Origin: a virus
Lineage: Duplodnaviria > Caudoviricetes
Strand: one strand, 5' to 3'
Length of the DNA: 64,000 nt
IMG/VR virus record: IMGVR_UViG_2061766007_002263
Shown: positions 18,808 to 27,855 of the stretch, one piece after another
Layout: each line of letters opens with the position of its first letter
Numbering within the stretch: the stretch's first letter is position 1
Position numbers and translations under genes: made by a program
The notes under the pieces: model-generated
Databases searched by the model: none
What the model was told of the DNA's origin: nothing
What the model saw: only the letters and a program-made list of their open reading frames with translations

Positions 18808-20505
18808 TCATGCTTTCAACCGGATTTTTTCAGTAAAAAGTCTCATAAAAGGACTCAAAAGTTTTTTTCTGAAAGCAAAATTATGTTTATTTGTCCCATA
18901 TATATTATAATAGATAGGAGAGAGGAGGAAACTAGCAGATTTGATTTGTACATTTGATTTTTCTTTTTTACAGATTTTCTTTATTTCATTTGTATAATCT
19001 TTTGAATTTTCTAATTCCAGTTTTTCTATTTCTTGTGATTTCATCACATATTTGTTTCCGAATTTTTTATTTCCTTTATTAAATCTTGCAATACTTTCGG
19101 CATTGTCTATGCTCATTTGAGATGCATAAAGCATCGTGTGTTCTATTTCTTTTTCGGACATGTTACGGTATCTTGATACAGTAGTCCTTGACATTCCCAG
19201 CTTTTTTGCCGCTTCACGGCATGTCAGGTTTTCAGGCAGCAGAGATAGACGGAGCATATTGGAATACTTGCATGCTTTTTTATAAAGCATTCCTTTTCTT
19301 CTCTGCTCGTCCGTATATCTTTTTTGAGTGGATTTTTTGTATTTTGCTAAGGACCATTTATATACATTTTTACAAACCGCATCCAGCTCGGAAATAGTCT
19401 TTTTGTCTTTTCCAGGTAGAAGCGAATCCGCATATGCCTCTATGACATTCAAGGCATTCCTGGCTTCCCCATAGAGAGGTGCCTTGTCCGAATGTTTCCT
19501 CATGTATTCCCATATCCATTCCCTGAGGCATTTCATCTCATAATAATTGCGGGAGCTTGCCGCAGGATGTATATTGCAGGTAGTCTTGTTGGTAACGTCT
19601 ACTATTACATTCTCCAGCAGATTCAGGTTTATCTCGTCCTCTATCTCCTTGGTTCCGGGCTTCGGGAAAAAAGGCTTCAAAACTTTATGTAATGTGTCAA
19701 AACTTTTTTCTAAAGAAGATGTCTTACGGAAATAGATTTTCGAGGTTTTTATCTCGGTATTTTTGTTATAGGGGTTTTTGCATTGCCAACCGGTGAAATG
19801 AGTGTCACCCGGCATTCCTTTATAGTAAGACCATAAATCAGCAAGGGCATGCCCCATGTTGAGGTATGTGCGGCATCCGTTCTCGTTATATCTCGCATTA
19901 TACCTGACCGAATCAGAGGGATGAAAAAACCATCCGGCTTGTATATTCCCGCTTTTGTGGTTATAATAGATATAGCTCTGTTTGGGAAGCTTATACTTTT
20001 TTACGAATGCCCGGATGTCTTTCTCGGCTTCGTCGAAAGTACGATAACCGTATGGAGTTCCGTCCGATAACGGAGGAAAGTATTTGTTCGCGTCGAAATC
20101 AAGGACGAGCACTTCACGAAGATAATGTGTGCGTCCGGTGGATGTCTGTATGAAAAATGATAGTTCTTTGTCGTCGCCTACGGCTTTCCATGCGTCAGGA
20201 AGACTTTTATAATCGTCTTTCATTACCTCATATTTTATGGCTTTTTTGTCGCCTTTTTTATGATTCTTGTAATTTCTTTTATATGTTTCGGCATTCTCGT
20301 CGTAATATGGGATAAATGACTTGATTATGCCTGTCCCCTCGCGCGTCTTGAAGCGCATGCATATGCCTTTGTCCAAGGCGATGTCCATGGAGTTTCCGTG
20401 ATGCAGGAAAACTTTTTTGGGTTTTTGGCTCTGATTCGTTATGTTTTGTGCCGAAATCGGCGTTTTTTGTTGTGAATTGTTTATGTCTACTAAATATTCA
20501 GACAT
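18808..20505 (-). CDS. ColE2-type replicase/primase (AEP primase domain + PriCT + HTH); candidate replication initiator
   Basis: LVLDFD (DxD), NHKSGNIQ, GDTHFTGWQCKNPY (cf. ColE2-family D..Y.G..CKNP), SRNYY....REW (PriCT-1-like), LTCREAAKKLGMSRTTVSRY HTH. Confidence 0.72.
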   Translation of the reverse strand: MSEYLVDINNSQQKTPISAQNITNQSQKPKKVFLHHGNSMDIALDKGICMRFKTREGTGIIKSFIPYYDENAETYKRNYKNHKKGDKKAIKYEVMKDDYKSLPDAWKAVGDDKELSFFIQTSTGRTHYLREVLVLDFDANKYFPPLSDGTPYGYRTFDEAEKDIRAFVKKYKLPKQSYIYYNHKSGNIQAGWFFHPSDSVRYNARYNENGCRTYLNMGHALADLWSYYKGMPGDTHFTGWQCKNPYNKNTEIKTSKIYFRKTSSLEKSFDTLHKVLKPFFPKPGTKEIEDEINLNLLENVIVDVTNKTTCNIHPAASSRNYYEMKCLREWIWEYMRKHSDKAPLYGEARNALNVIEAYADSLLPGKDKKTISELDAVCKNVYKWSLAKYKKSTQKRYTDEQRRKGMLYKKACKYSNMLRLSLLPENLTCREAAKKLGMSRTTVSRYRNMSEKEIEHTMLYASQMSIDNAESIARFNKGNKKFGNKYVMKSQEIEKLELENSKDYTNEIKKICKKEKSNVQIKSASFLLSPIYYNIYGTNKHNFAFRKKLLSPFMRLFTEKIRLKA

Positions 20506-20540
20506 TGCAAAATATTCCTATCTGTGTTTTGTGATGTCCA

Positions 20541-20570
20541 GAAGCCGTTTGTTTTGCGTCAAACGGCTTC
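20541..20570. repeat. perfect 11-bp inverted repeat in the rep leader
   Basis: GAAGCCGTTTG-N8-CAAACGGCTTC; CCGTTTGTTTT is also directly repeated at 20545 and 20586. Confidence 0.85.
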
Positions 20571-20894
20571 GCTTACCATTCAAAACCGTTTGTTTTACAA
20601 ACTTGAAATATAATTTATTTACTTTGCTTCCAGCAATGTATCTTGTCTTTTTTAGAGTTCCAATACAATTTCAGCACTATCTTGTATAATGTATAGTATC
20701 ATGCATTAATGTATATTAAATTAAAAAAACAATACATTAATTAGTGGTGTCTCGATAAAAAACACATATGAAAATTTCATGCTTTTTAGGTTTTTTCTGA
20801 AATGTATAATATAAGAAAGAAATTATATAAAACGGAGAAAATAAAAAAAGTCGCGGGTATCTGAAAAAAATACTCGAATATTTTTTAGCTATGC

Positions 20895-22025
20895 ATGAAA
20901 AAATATGATTATCTGAAAATACTCTCTGGTTTCAACGAGCAGGAATATTCCATTTTCTATCAGCTTTCCACGAATGAGGCACAGGTGGCGGAGTCTATAT
21001 ACGACGCTATGTGTATTGCGGTGAAAGAATGTTCCGGCATGTTCCTTAAAACTAAGAATGAGTTCATACAATGGCTTACGTTCTGTTCTCCGGAGAACGA
21101 ATGCTTGTCGTATTTTGATACGAAACTCATAGGACAGATATACAGGAACAAAGAGTGGGCGGATGACTATTACGGGGACATCTCGAACACAGAAGGACTT
21201 ACGACTTATCTGATTTCGTCATGGCGCAACAAGACGAAAACGCTCAAAAATAACCTGAACTATTTGCAGATGATTTATCTGGAATACATACGTTTTGCGA
21301 ACACTGAAAAAGGACAGGATTTTATTTATGGAAAATCCATGGATTCCTTGGTTCAATACGACGACATAAATGAGGACGCTCTTTCATATGAGGACAAGCC
21401 TTTCTGGGAGTCTGAGCTGTACCGTGAGCAGCAGCTCCTGAAGTTCAAGAAAAACGTGCTTCTGAAATGCAGCAAGAACGCGCTTCAGAATGTCGCGCTC
21501 CGGGCTATATGGGAGCAGACTTTCAGCTCCGGGAAGAAGTTCAACATAAAGGAAGCCGAGAATAAAGTATGGGAAGTTACCGGAAAGGACTGTATCTCGC
21601 ATACCACATTGTACAAGGAAATACGAAAATTAAGGGTATTGATGTTCAAAAAAATCTACGAATATCTGGACTCTGATTTTGAGTATTTTGCCGATATTCC
21701 GTTCTGTCTTGATGGTAAGGTAACTACGTTCAAGAAAGCGATTAAGGACTGGCTCCTTGAAGCAAAAATAGACAAAGTTTATAATGATACATGTGATAGA
21801 AAAGCGGATTTTGACGCATACGTTACGAAAGTGGCGACTGACTGGGCGGTTAAGAACGGTCTTGTATATTCGCTTTGTTCTGATTGCAAGAATGTACTGG
21901 TCCGGGTAAAAGGCGACTCTTATGGACGGACACATTCAAACTGGAAGACTTATTTTTATAAAGGAGGGGGTTACAAGGATTTTTATAATGGCCTGAAAGG
22001 CTCTTATAAAGATTTTGAGCGTTGA
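20895..22025 (+). CDS. hypothetical protein, possibly sigma-factor-like transcription regulator
   Basis: 376-aa ORF; GLTTYLISSWRN (region 2.4-like) and FNIKEA...ISHTTLYKEIRKLR (HTH-like); weak. Confidence 0.45.
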   Translation: MKKYDYLKILSGFNEQEYSIFYQLSTNEAQVAESIYDAMCIAVKECSGMFLKTKNEFIQWLTFCSPENECLSYFDTKLIGQIYRNKEWADDYYGDISNTEGLTTYLISSWRNKTKTLKNNLNYLQMIYLEYIRFANTEKGQDFIYGKSMDSLVQYDDINEDALSYEDKPFWESELYREQQLLKFKKNVLLKCSKNALQNVALRAIWEQTFSSGKKFNIKEAENKVWEVTGKDCISHTTLYKEIRKLRVLMFKKIYEYLDSDFEYFADIPFCLDGKVTTFKKAIKDWLLEAKIDKVYNDTCDRKADFDAYVTKVATDWAVKNGLVYSLCSDCKNVLVRVKGDSYGRTHSNWKTYFYKGGGYKDFYNGLKGSYKDFER

Positions 22026-22052
22026 TTCCGTTTCATACGCTCTTCTTATACA

Positions 22053-23954
22053 ATGGTTAAAATTACTGCGAACAAGTCTCGCGGAGTCCTGGAGCTCAGG
22101 GTATACGGCGACAAATTCATGGACACCGTGGAGACATTGAGACTCAACGGGGCAAAATATCATGCTCCAACAAAATCATGGAATGTAAATATACTCAGTC
22201 TGGACGACATAATCACGGAGCTTAATTTCGAGGGTGAGGTGGTGGAGGTGTCCGCGCTTACCAAAAAGGAAGTAGAGGAATATCGTGAGTCCTTAAAAGA
22301 GCTTGAGATTTGTAAGGAACGGCGTGTTCTCCGTCTTGACCTTCTTAATTTCCCGCCGCTCGTAGGCAAGCATCCGTTCGAGAACTATCAGTCGGACGAT
22401 TTGGGAAAAGCCCTGAGAAGAAACAGATATCTTTTCAACTGGAGCATGGGCTTGGGAAAGTCATGGGCTCTTGCCGCGCTTATAGAAAATCTGAGGTACT
22501 ATAAGCTTATAAATAAATGCCTTATTTTTTCGACGGGCGTAGGTGTATATAATCTTAAGAGCGAGTTGTGTAAGTTCGGCAAGAACATGAATCCGGACGA
22601 TATCTTTGTTCTGGATTCGATTATGATACTTGAAGACCGTGACCTTTTCAATTCTGAAAAATATCCCCAGAGCATTTTCATAATGACATATGATACTTTT
22701 AAAGGTATCAACAATTATTATTATGATATGGCTAAAGGCACAAAAAAAGACCCGCACCCTTCAACAAAAACTGACTACAAAAAATCATATGTTCCTATAA
22801 AGGAATGGCTGAACGGCTATCACGGCGCGTTGTTCCTTGACGAGTGCCACAGCCTTGCCAATCCGAAATCAAGGCGTTCCGAGATAATCGAGATGAACTT
22901 GATGTACTTCAAGTACAGATATGAGTTTACCGGTACTCTGGCCGACAAGTATGAGAAGCTTTATGAGCCCCTGAAAGTTCTTGACCGTGCTTTGGTTGAC
23001 GGATTGAAATACAATGAATGGCTCAAGGAATACAATGAAATAGGAAACAAGTACAGCGAGTACGCCGCGAATCCCGATAAATGGGACATGAAGAAGATAG
23101 GTGAGCTTAACTGCCGTCTGCTTGACAACTATGCTTCCAAGAGGGAGATGAAAGACTGCCTTGACCTTCCTCTGGACTTTGAGGTTCCTACGATGTACAT
23201 AGACATGTCGCCATTGCACAGACGGATTTATGAGGGCTTCGTTAAAGTAGAGCTTGAGCTCGCAAAGGAGAGGAGACTTTCCGGGGAGTCTACTGTCAAA
23301 GATTCTATAATGAACATGTTCGGTGTTTTCCAGCTCGCATGTGAGAATGTTGAGTGCCTTAAGGACACGCCTTCTTTCGAAAAGTTCCCGGATGAGCTCA
23401 AGTCCATGATTCTCTCGTATGACTGGTTCAATGACAACAGTAAGGTCAGGGCTATAAAAGAGGTTCTTCAGGAACGTGTTGACGAATGCGGCGAGAGAGG
23501 GATAGTCTGGTACTATCATCCAAAAACCAAGGATTGTCTGGTTAAGCTGCTCAAGAAATATAACCCTACCGTAATAGAGGCAGGAATGGGGCCTGAGAAG
23601 ATGTCGGCTACGCTGGACGAGTTCAAGTCTGACGAAAAGCATAAGATAATCATAGCGTCGATAAACATCATGAACACCTCGGTAACGCTTACGCAGTGCA
23701 AATGGAATCTTTATGTTGAGAGAACTTTCAATTACACGGTCTACTCTCAGTCACGCGGAAGAATCTATAGGCCCGGACAGAAGGATTTGTGCCGCACGTA
23801 TATGATTTGTTTCAACCGGTCGATAGACAACCTTCAGCTCCAGAACTTGCAGGAGAAAGGTGCGGTGTTGGACAGCCTTCTGAATAAGAACATCATAAGC
23901 CAGAATGTATGGAAGATGATTTTCAGCGCGACCGGCAGGGAAAAGTGGTATTAG
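22053..23954 (+). CDS. SNF2-like superfamily 2 helicase
   Basis: SMGLGKS motif I, LFLDECH motif II, TGT motif III, QSRGRIYRPGQ motif VI; HARP-like N-terminus. Confidence 0.9.
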   Translation: MVKITANKSRGVLELRVYGDKFMDTVETLRLNGAKYHAPTKSWNVNILSLDDIITELNFEGEVVEVSALTKKEVEEYRESLKELEICKERRVLRLDLLNFPPLVGKHPFENYQSDDLGKALRRNRYLFNWSMGLGKSWALAALIENLRYYKLINKCLIFSTGVGVYNLKSELCKFGKNMNPDDIFVLDSIMILEDRDLFNSEKYPQSIFIMTYDTFKGINNYYYDMAKGTKKDPHPSTKTDYKKSYVPIKEWLNGYHGALFLDECHSLANPKSRRSEIIEMNLMYFKYRYEFTGTLADKYEKLYEPLKVLDRALVDGLKYNEWLKEYNEIGNKYSEYAANPDKWDMKKIGELNCRLLDNYASKREMKDCLDLPLDFEVPTMYIDMSPLHRRIYEGFVKVELELAKERRLSGESTVKDSIMNMFGVFQLACENVECLKDTPSFEKFPDELKSMILSYDWFNDNSKVRAIKEVLQERVDECGERGIVWYYHPKTKDCLVKLLKKYNPTVIEAGMGPEKMSATLDEFKSDEKHKIIIASINIMNTSVTLTQCKWNLYVERTFNYTVYSQSRGRIYRPGQKDLCRTYMICFNRSIDNLQLQNLQEKGAVLDSLLNKNIISQNVWKMIFSATGREKWY

Positions 23955-24008
23955 GGAACAGTAACTAATTTTTTGTATCTTGTATAAAGATACCCTGGAG
24001 GTTTTTGA

Positions 24009-24503
24009 ATGAAATTAATCAGAGACATTTCTATCGTATGCATGGCATTGATATTCCTTTTCAGTATGTTTTATATAAACGGACTGGACACGGGGGAATA
24101 CATTCTTGTCAGTTCGTTTATGGCGTTTGGTATTTTGTACGTGGTATCAAAGCATATGATTGAGCGTCCCAAGAAGACGCCTGTTGGACCCGGCGGCGAG
24201 AAGGTAGGGGCGATATATGGCGAGACTCCCGTACTTACGGAGGAGCAGGTTCTGGTTGAAGGCTTTATGAACGACGTGCTTGATTACTGCGCCAGTAAAG
24301 GAATGAACTGTACTATAACGAACGAGCCTGACGGACTTTGGATAGTCCGTGTTGACGACGATTCCGGCATGTTTGACAAGCTCATAAACCTTACGATGCC
24401 GGATGAGAAAAGCGTAACGAAAGATAACATTAAGGGCATACTCAAGAGGGTATGTGACGAGATAGATGTAAAGCTTAACGAGCTTGACAAAAAAAGTAAA
24501 TAA
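24009..24503 (+). CDS. membrane protein (two N-terminal TM helices)
   Basis: Two hydrophobic segments within residues 7-48; GGAGG RBS; ACTAATT at 23964. Confidence 0.7.
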   Translation: MKLIRDISIVCMALIFLFSMFYINGLDTGEYILVSSFMAFGILYVVSKHMIERPKKTPVGPGGEKVGAIYGETPVLTEEQVLVEGFMNDVLDYCASKGMNCTITNEPDGLWIVRVDDDSGMFDKLINLTMPDEKSVTKDNIKGILKRVCDEIDVKLNELDKKSK

Positions 24504-24530
24504 TTTTCTTGGAGGAAAAACAATAGCATT

Positions 24531-25325
24531 ATGTCAAAGAAACTTGTAATCAAAGACGTAGAATTTGGTAAGGTTCCGTATGGATATGGAAATGGCATGT
24601 CGTCAATCGCCATTTATTTCGACGAAGAGGAAGGCGAGTATACCTACAAGGCACCGGAAGTCGAGGGAAAGACTTTCGTTGAGGAAGAGATTGTGGCTCA
24701 TGGTCTCGTGATGGACTTGATGGACAAGCTCAAGGATAAAGGCATCGAGGACAAGTGGAGCGAGGTTCTTCTCGCGCGTAACTGGGTATACTTTGTCGGC
24801 GCATGTCTTGCTTCACCGGAGCATCGCAAATTTTCGGCTCCGTTCCTTGAGTTCATCGATAAACTCGCGCTTGATATCCAGGTCAAGGTAATCAAAGACC
24901 GCGTTCTTCCGGAAGGCGGCGACGACGATAAGGTTAAGGCTGAGATTATGAAACGCTTGCAGTCACCTCTTACGGCGTTTGTATGTGAGCCGAAGTATTT
25001 TACCGGCAAGGACGATTTCTATCAGAGGTTCCGTACCATACTCTGTAAATACCCTCTGGGCGAGAAGGACGAGTTCAACCAGATGGCATGCGTTGAAATC
25101 GGAAACCATAATTTCTCTACCGTAGTGTTCGACGTAAAGGATTTCAAGAAAGAAAAGGAAACCATCGAGAAACGGTACATAGACATCGGCGCGGTTACTG
25201 TAAGCGATGACCGTGTTTACATGATTGACCATACCGGCGATGCAGACCTTGCGAAATATGCTATCGGAAAGGGCTATCGCCTTAACCGTGCGTTGGACTA
25301 CGAAGGACTTGTATTGAAGTTCTAG
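24531..25325 (+). CDS. hypothetical protein (possible degenerate QueE-like fold)
   Basis: 264-aa ORF with GGAGG RBS and downstream hairpin; see findings. Confidence 0.6.
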   Translation: MSKKLVIKDVEFGKVPYGYGNGMSSIAIYFDEEEGEYTYKAPEVEGKTFVEEEIVAHGLVMDLMDKLKDKGIEDKWSEVLLARNWVYFVGACLASPEHRKFSAPFLEFIDKLALDIQVKVIKDRVLPEGGDDDKVKAEIMKRLQSPLTAFVCEPKYFTGKDDFYQRFRTILCKYPLGEKDEFNQMACVEIGNHNFSTVVFDVKDFKKEKETIEKRYIDIGAVTVSDDRVYMIDHTGDADLAKYAIGKGYRLNRALDYEGLVLKF

Positions 25326-25335
25326 GATATCGAAA

Positions 25336-25365
25336 ACGGGGCTTCTTAAAGATAGGAAGCCCCGT
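25336..25365 (+). terminator. hairpin, probable terminator
   Basis: ACGGGGCTTC-N10-GAAGCCCCGT followed by AATTTT. Confidence 0.6.
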
Positions 25366-25373
25366 AATTTTAA

Positions 25374-25631
25374 GTGGGGATTCTGAGATTGGCTGATAAG
25401 CTCAAGATAGGTGACATATGTTTGGTCGAGAACAATTCCGTTGATTCATTGGTATTCTGGAAGCAGATGTCCAGGCGGTTTCCTTATCTGCTTTGTCCAT
25501 GCAGCATAAAGTCAACTACGAGGCTTGTTGTGGCGGAGCTTCTTGGCAGCTCAAGCGTCCTTGTGCAGCTACAGTCAGACCCAAAAAAACTCTCCGTTTT
25601 CCGTAACAAAGACCTTAAAATAGTACACTAA
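25374..25631 (+). CDS. small hypothetical protein
   Basis: 85-aa ORF filling the gap between co-oriented genes. Confidence 0.45.
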   Translation: MGILRLADKLKIGDICLVENNSVDSLVFWKQMSRRFPYLLCPCSIKSTTRLVVAELLGSSSVLVQLQSDPKKLSVFRNKDLKIVH

Positions 25632-25638
25632 ATATTTT

Positions 25639-27351
25639 ATGGGATACGACTCCAAATCAATTCTAAGCGACATACATAAATCCGACCCTTTGCCGTCTAA
25701 AGGCAAAATAACGAAACTCTCCAAAACAAACAACATCAACAAATCCTTGGATGCCGCGTTGTCACCGGAAGAAAGGGATGCCGCGTTGCTGCTTTATAGT
25801 ATCATAACTAAGGTATTCGGCGTTGACTGTAAGAAGCCTTTCTATGACCCTGAGAAAGATGCTATGAAATCCGACGCTCTCAAGTCTTTGTCTGAGGCTG
25901 AGGAATCAGGAAGCTTCACGTCCATTGATTTGATGTACGTCAAGATTTCGTCACAGTTCATTAAGGATTATGACGATTTGGATTATGTATATGCCAATAA
26001 GCTCCTGCAATTTTATGGGTATGATTTAGACGGACTGTATAAAAACCTGGGAATAGTTCCTAACCGAGAGCTTAAAACCAGCGCGTCTATGACCAAAGCA
26101 TATCTTACCGATACCAAAGGCAAGATGAGGTTCATACGTTCGGCGAACCACATGATGCAGGTAAAGGAGAAAAAAACCGGCGATTATTATTTCAACGGAT
26201 TCGGTAAAGACGGCAAGTTAGGTTTGTCCAAGCTCTTTGAAAGTTTCAGTAAAGTTTTTTCGGAAGTAGTGGAGAACTTTTTGAAAGAGCCGTTTAACGA
26301 CGACGTAAAGACAGGCGTAGACCCGTATGTTATAAATGCGTTCGTAGGACTCCTTAACAAAAGCATAAAATTAAATGGCAGAAGTTTTGCCCTCCGGCCT
26401 ATAGCCATACCGAAAGACAAGCAGATTCCTGAGAAAGAAAAATCTTTGTCTAAAAGCAATGTCATGTTGGACAAGTTCGCGCAGACTAAAGTTGGTAAGT
26501 TCTTGACAAACCTGGTGCAAAAAACTATGTACGGCTCGGCGTTGTCACAAGTGGCGAGAAAACTTACCGAGGCTCTTGAGATAAATGATAATATATTGAG
26601 AGCAATATCCGAGGAACATCCTGAGCTGGCCGGCAAAACGCTCAAGGATTTGGAGAATGATTGGAAGACTCCTCATTGCAGGGACATGGACACGAGGGAT
26701 AACAAAGTTCTCCTTGATTTCAGCAACAAAGTAAAAAATGGTGACGATTTTAAGAAATATTGGGATAATACCGAAAACATAAATGAGCTTTTGGACTCGA
26801 TAAGCCGTCAGCTTTATTACACTACTAACAAAAAGCTGTACCTTTATACATGGGACAAGAACCAGAACTGGTTGTGCTTGAAGAACGACGATAAATACAG
26901 TGAATACGTGAGCGACGTTGAGTATGACAACCGTATGAAAGACGAGGCGGATATGGAGGCGTTCGAAAGCAACAGACGCGCTTCCGGTATAGACGATTTG
27001 ATTTATGAGTACAATAACGCGCATTATGGCGATACTGCCGGAAATCAGTTCGAGCTTGAGCATCCGTCCTTGAAGGACATTAATGAGCTGTCACGTGTCG
27101 TGGATGTAATAGCATCGGCCGCACCGTTCAAGCAGATTAAGCTCAGCGACGAGCTTGGGGTCTGTATACCGGACCGTAATGACATAGAGACTTTCAAGGG
27201 ATTCCAGACGGAGCTTAAAGGGAACTTTCCGGAGGCATGCAGGAACGAAGTGTATGAGTCATTGAGAAAATTGCTTTCAAGAAGCAATGCTGTCGAGAGC
27301 ATAACGAGTGTGGCGGAGCGTATGAGGGAGCTTTTAGAAAAAAGTTGTTAA
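25639..27351 (+). CDS. hypothetical 570-aa protein
   Basis: Long ORF; ACTAAAT motif ends 5 nt before the ATG. Confidence 0.7.
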   Translation: MGYDSKSILSDIHKSDPLPSKGKITKLSKTNNINKSLDAALSPEERDAALLLYSIITKVFGVDCKKPFYDPEKDAMKSDALKSLSEAEESGSFTSIDLMYVKISSQFIKDYDDLDYVYANKLLQFYGYDLDGLYKNLGIVPNRELKTSASMTKAYLTDTKGKMRFIRSANHMMQVKEKKTGDYYFNGFGKDGKLGLSKLFESFSKVFSEVVENFLKEPFNDDVKTGVDPYVINAFVGLLNKSIKLNGRSFALRPIAIPKDKQIPEKEKSLSKSNVMLDKFAQTKVGKFLTNLVQKTMYGSALSQVARKLTEALEINDNILRAISEEHPELAGKTLKDLENDWKTPHCRDMDTRDNKVLLDFSNKVKNGDDFKKYWDNTENINELLDSISRQLYYTTNKKLYLYTWDKNQNWLCLKNDDKYSEYVSDVEYDNRMKDEADMEAFESNRRASGIDDLIYEYNNAHYGDTAGNQFELEHPSLKDINELSRVVDVIASAAPFKQIKLSDELGVCIPDRNDIETFKGFQTELKGNFPEACRNEVYESLRKLLSRSNAVESITSVAERMRELLEKSC

Positions 27352-27417
27352 TATTATATCAATGATTCGGAGTTTCCGATAATATAAAATATCTTTTAAA
27401 AAAACAGAGGACATCGA

Positions 27418-27726
27418 ATGACGATAAAGTATGGCTTTCTGCCTTATGACGAGGCAAAGAAACCCAAGGAAACTGAAGTTCCCAAGAAGCTTTTCGACTT
27501 TAATGTAAAGAATCCTGAGACTGCTGATGCTCGTTCACTTGCTCAATCTCTTTCGGAGGACGTGTACGAGAACCTTGCCGGCAAGACCAAGTTTCGCTTC
27601 TACATTACGGACGACAATGGTTCGAGTCTTGTCTATCAGGTTAATTTCGATACGGAGCCGCGTGACTTCTTCGAATCCGAGATAGAGGACGATATCAGGA
27701 CGCTTCTGGGCAAGACGAAGTATTAA
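27418..27726 (+). CDS. hypothetical protein
   Basis: AGAGGA RBS; TTAATAT at 27348. Confidence 0.7.
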   Translation: MTIKYGFLPYDEAKKPKETEVPKKLFDFNVKNPETADARSLAQSLSEDVYENLAGKTKFRFYITDDNGSSLVYQVNFDTEPRDFFESEIEDDIRTLLGKTKY

Positions 27727-27855
27727 AAAGAAAAAATAGTTCTGCAATGTCTGTCAGACATTACGGACGTTTTGAAAAAATGGAAACATAGTTTTCCAAA
27801 AGAAATTGAAGTGTCGTAAGTACACGAGAAACAAAAGGAGAAAAAACTTAAAACA

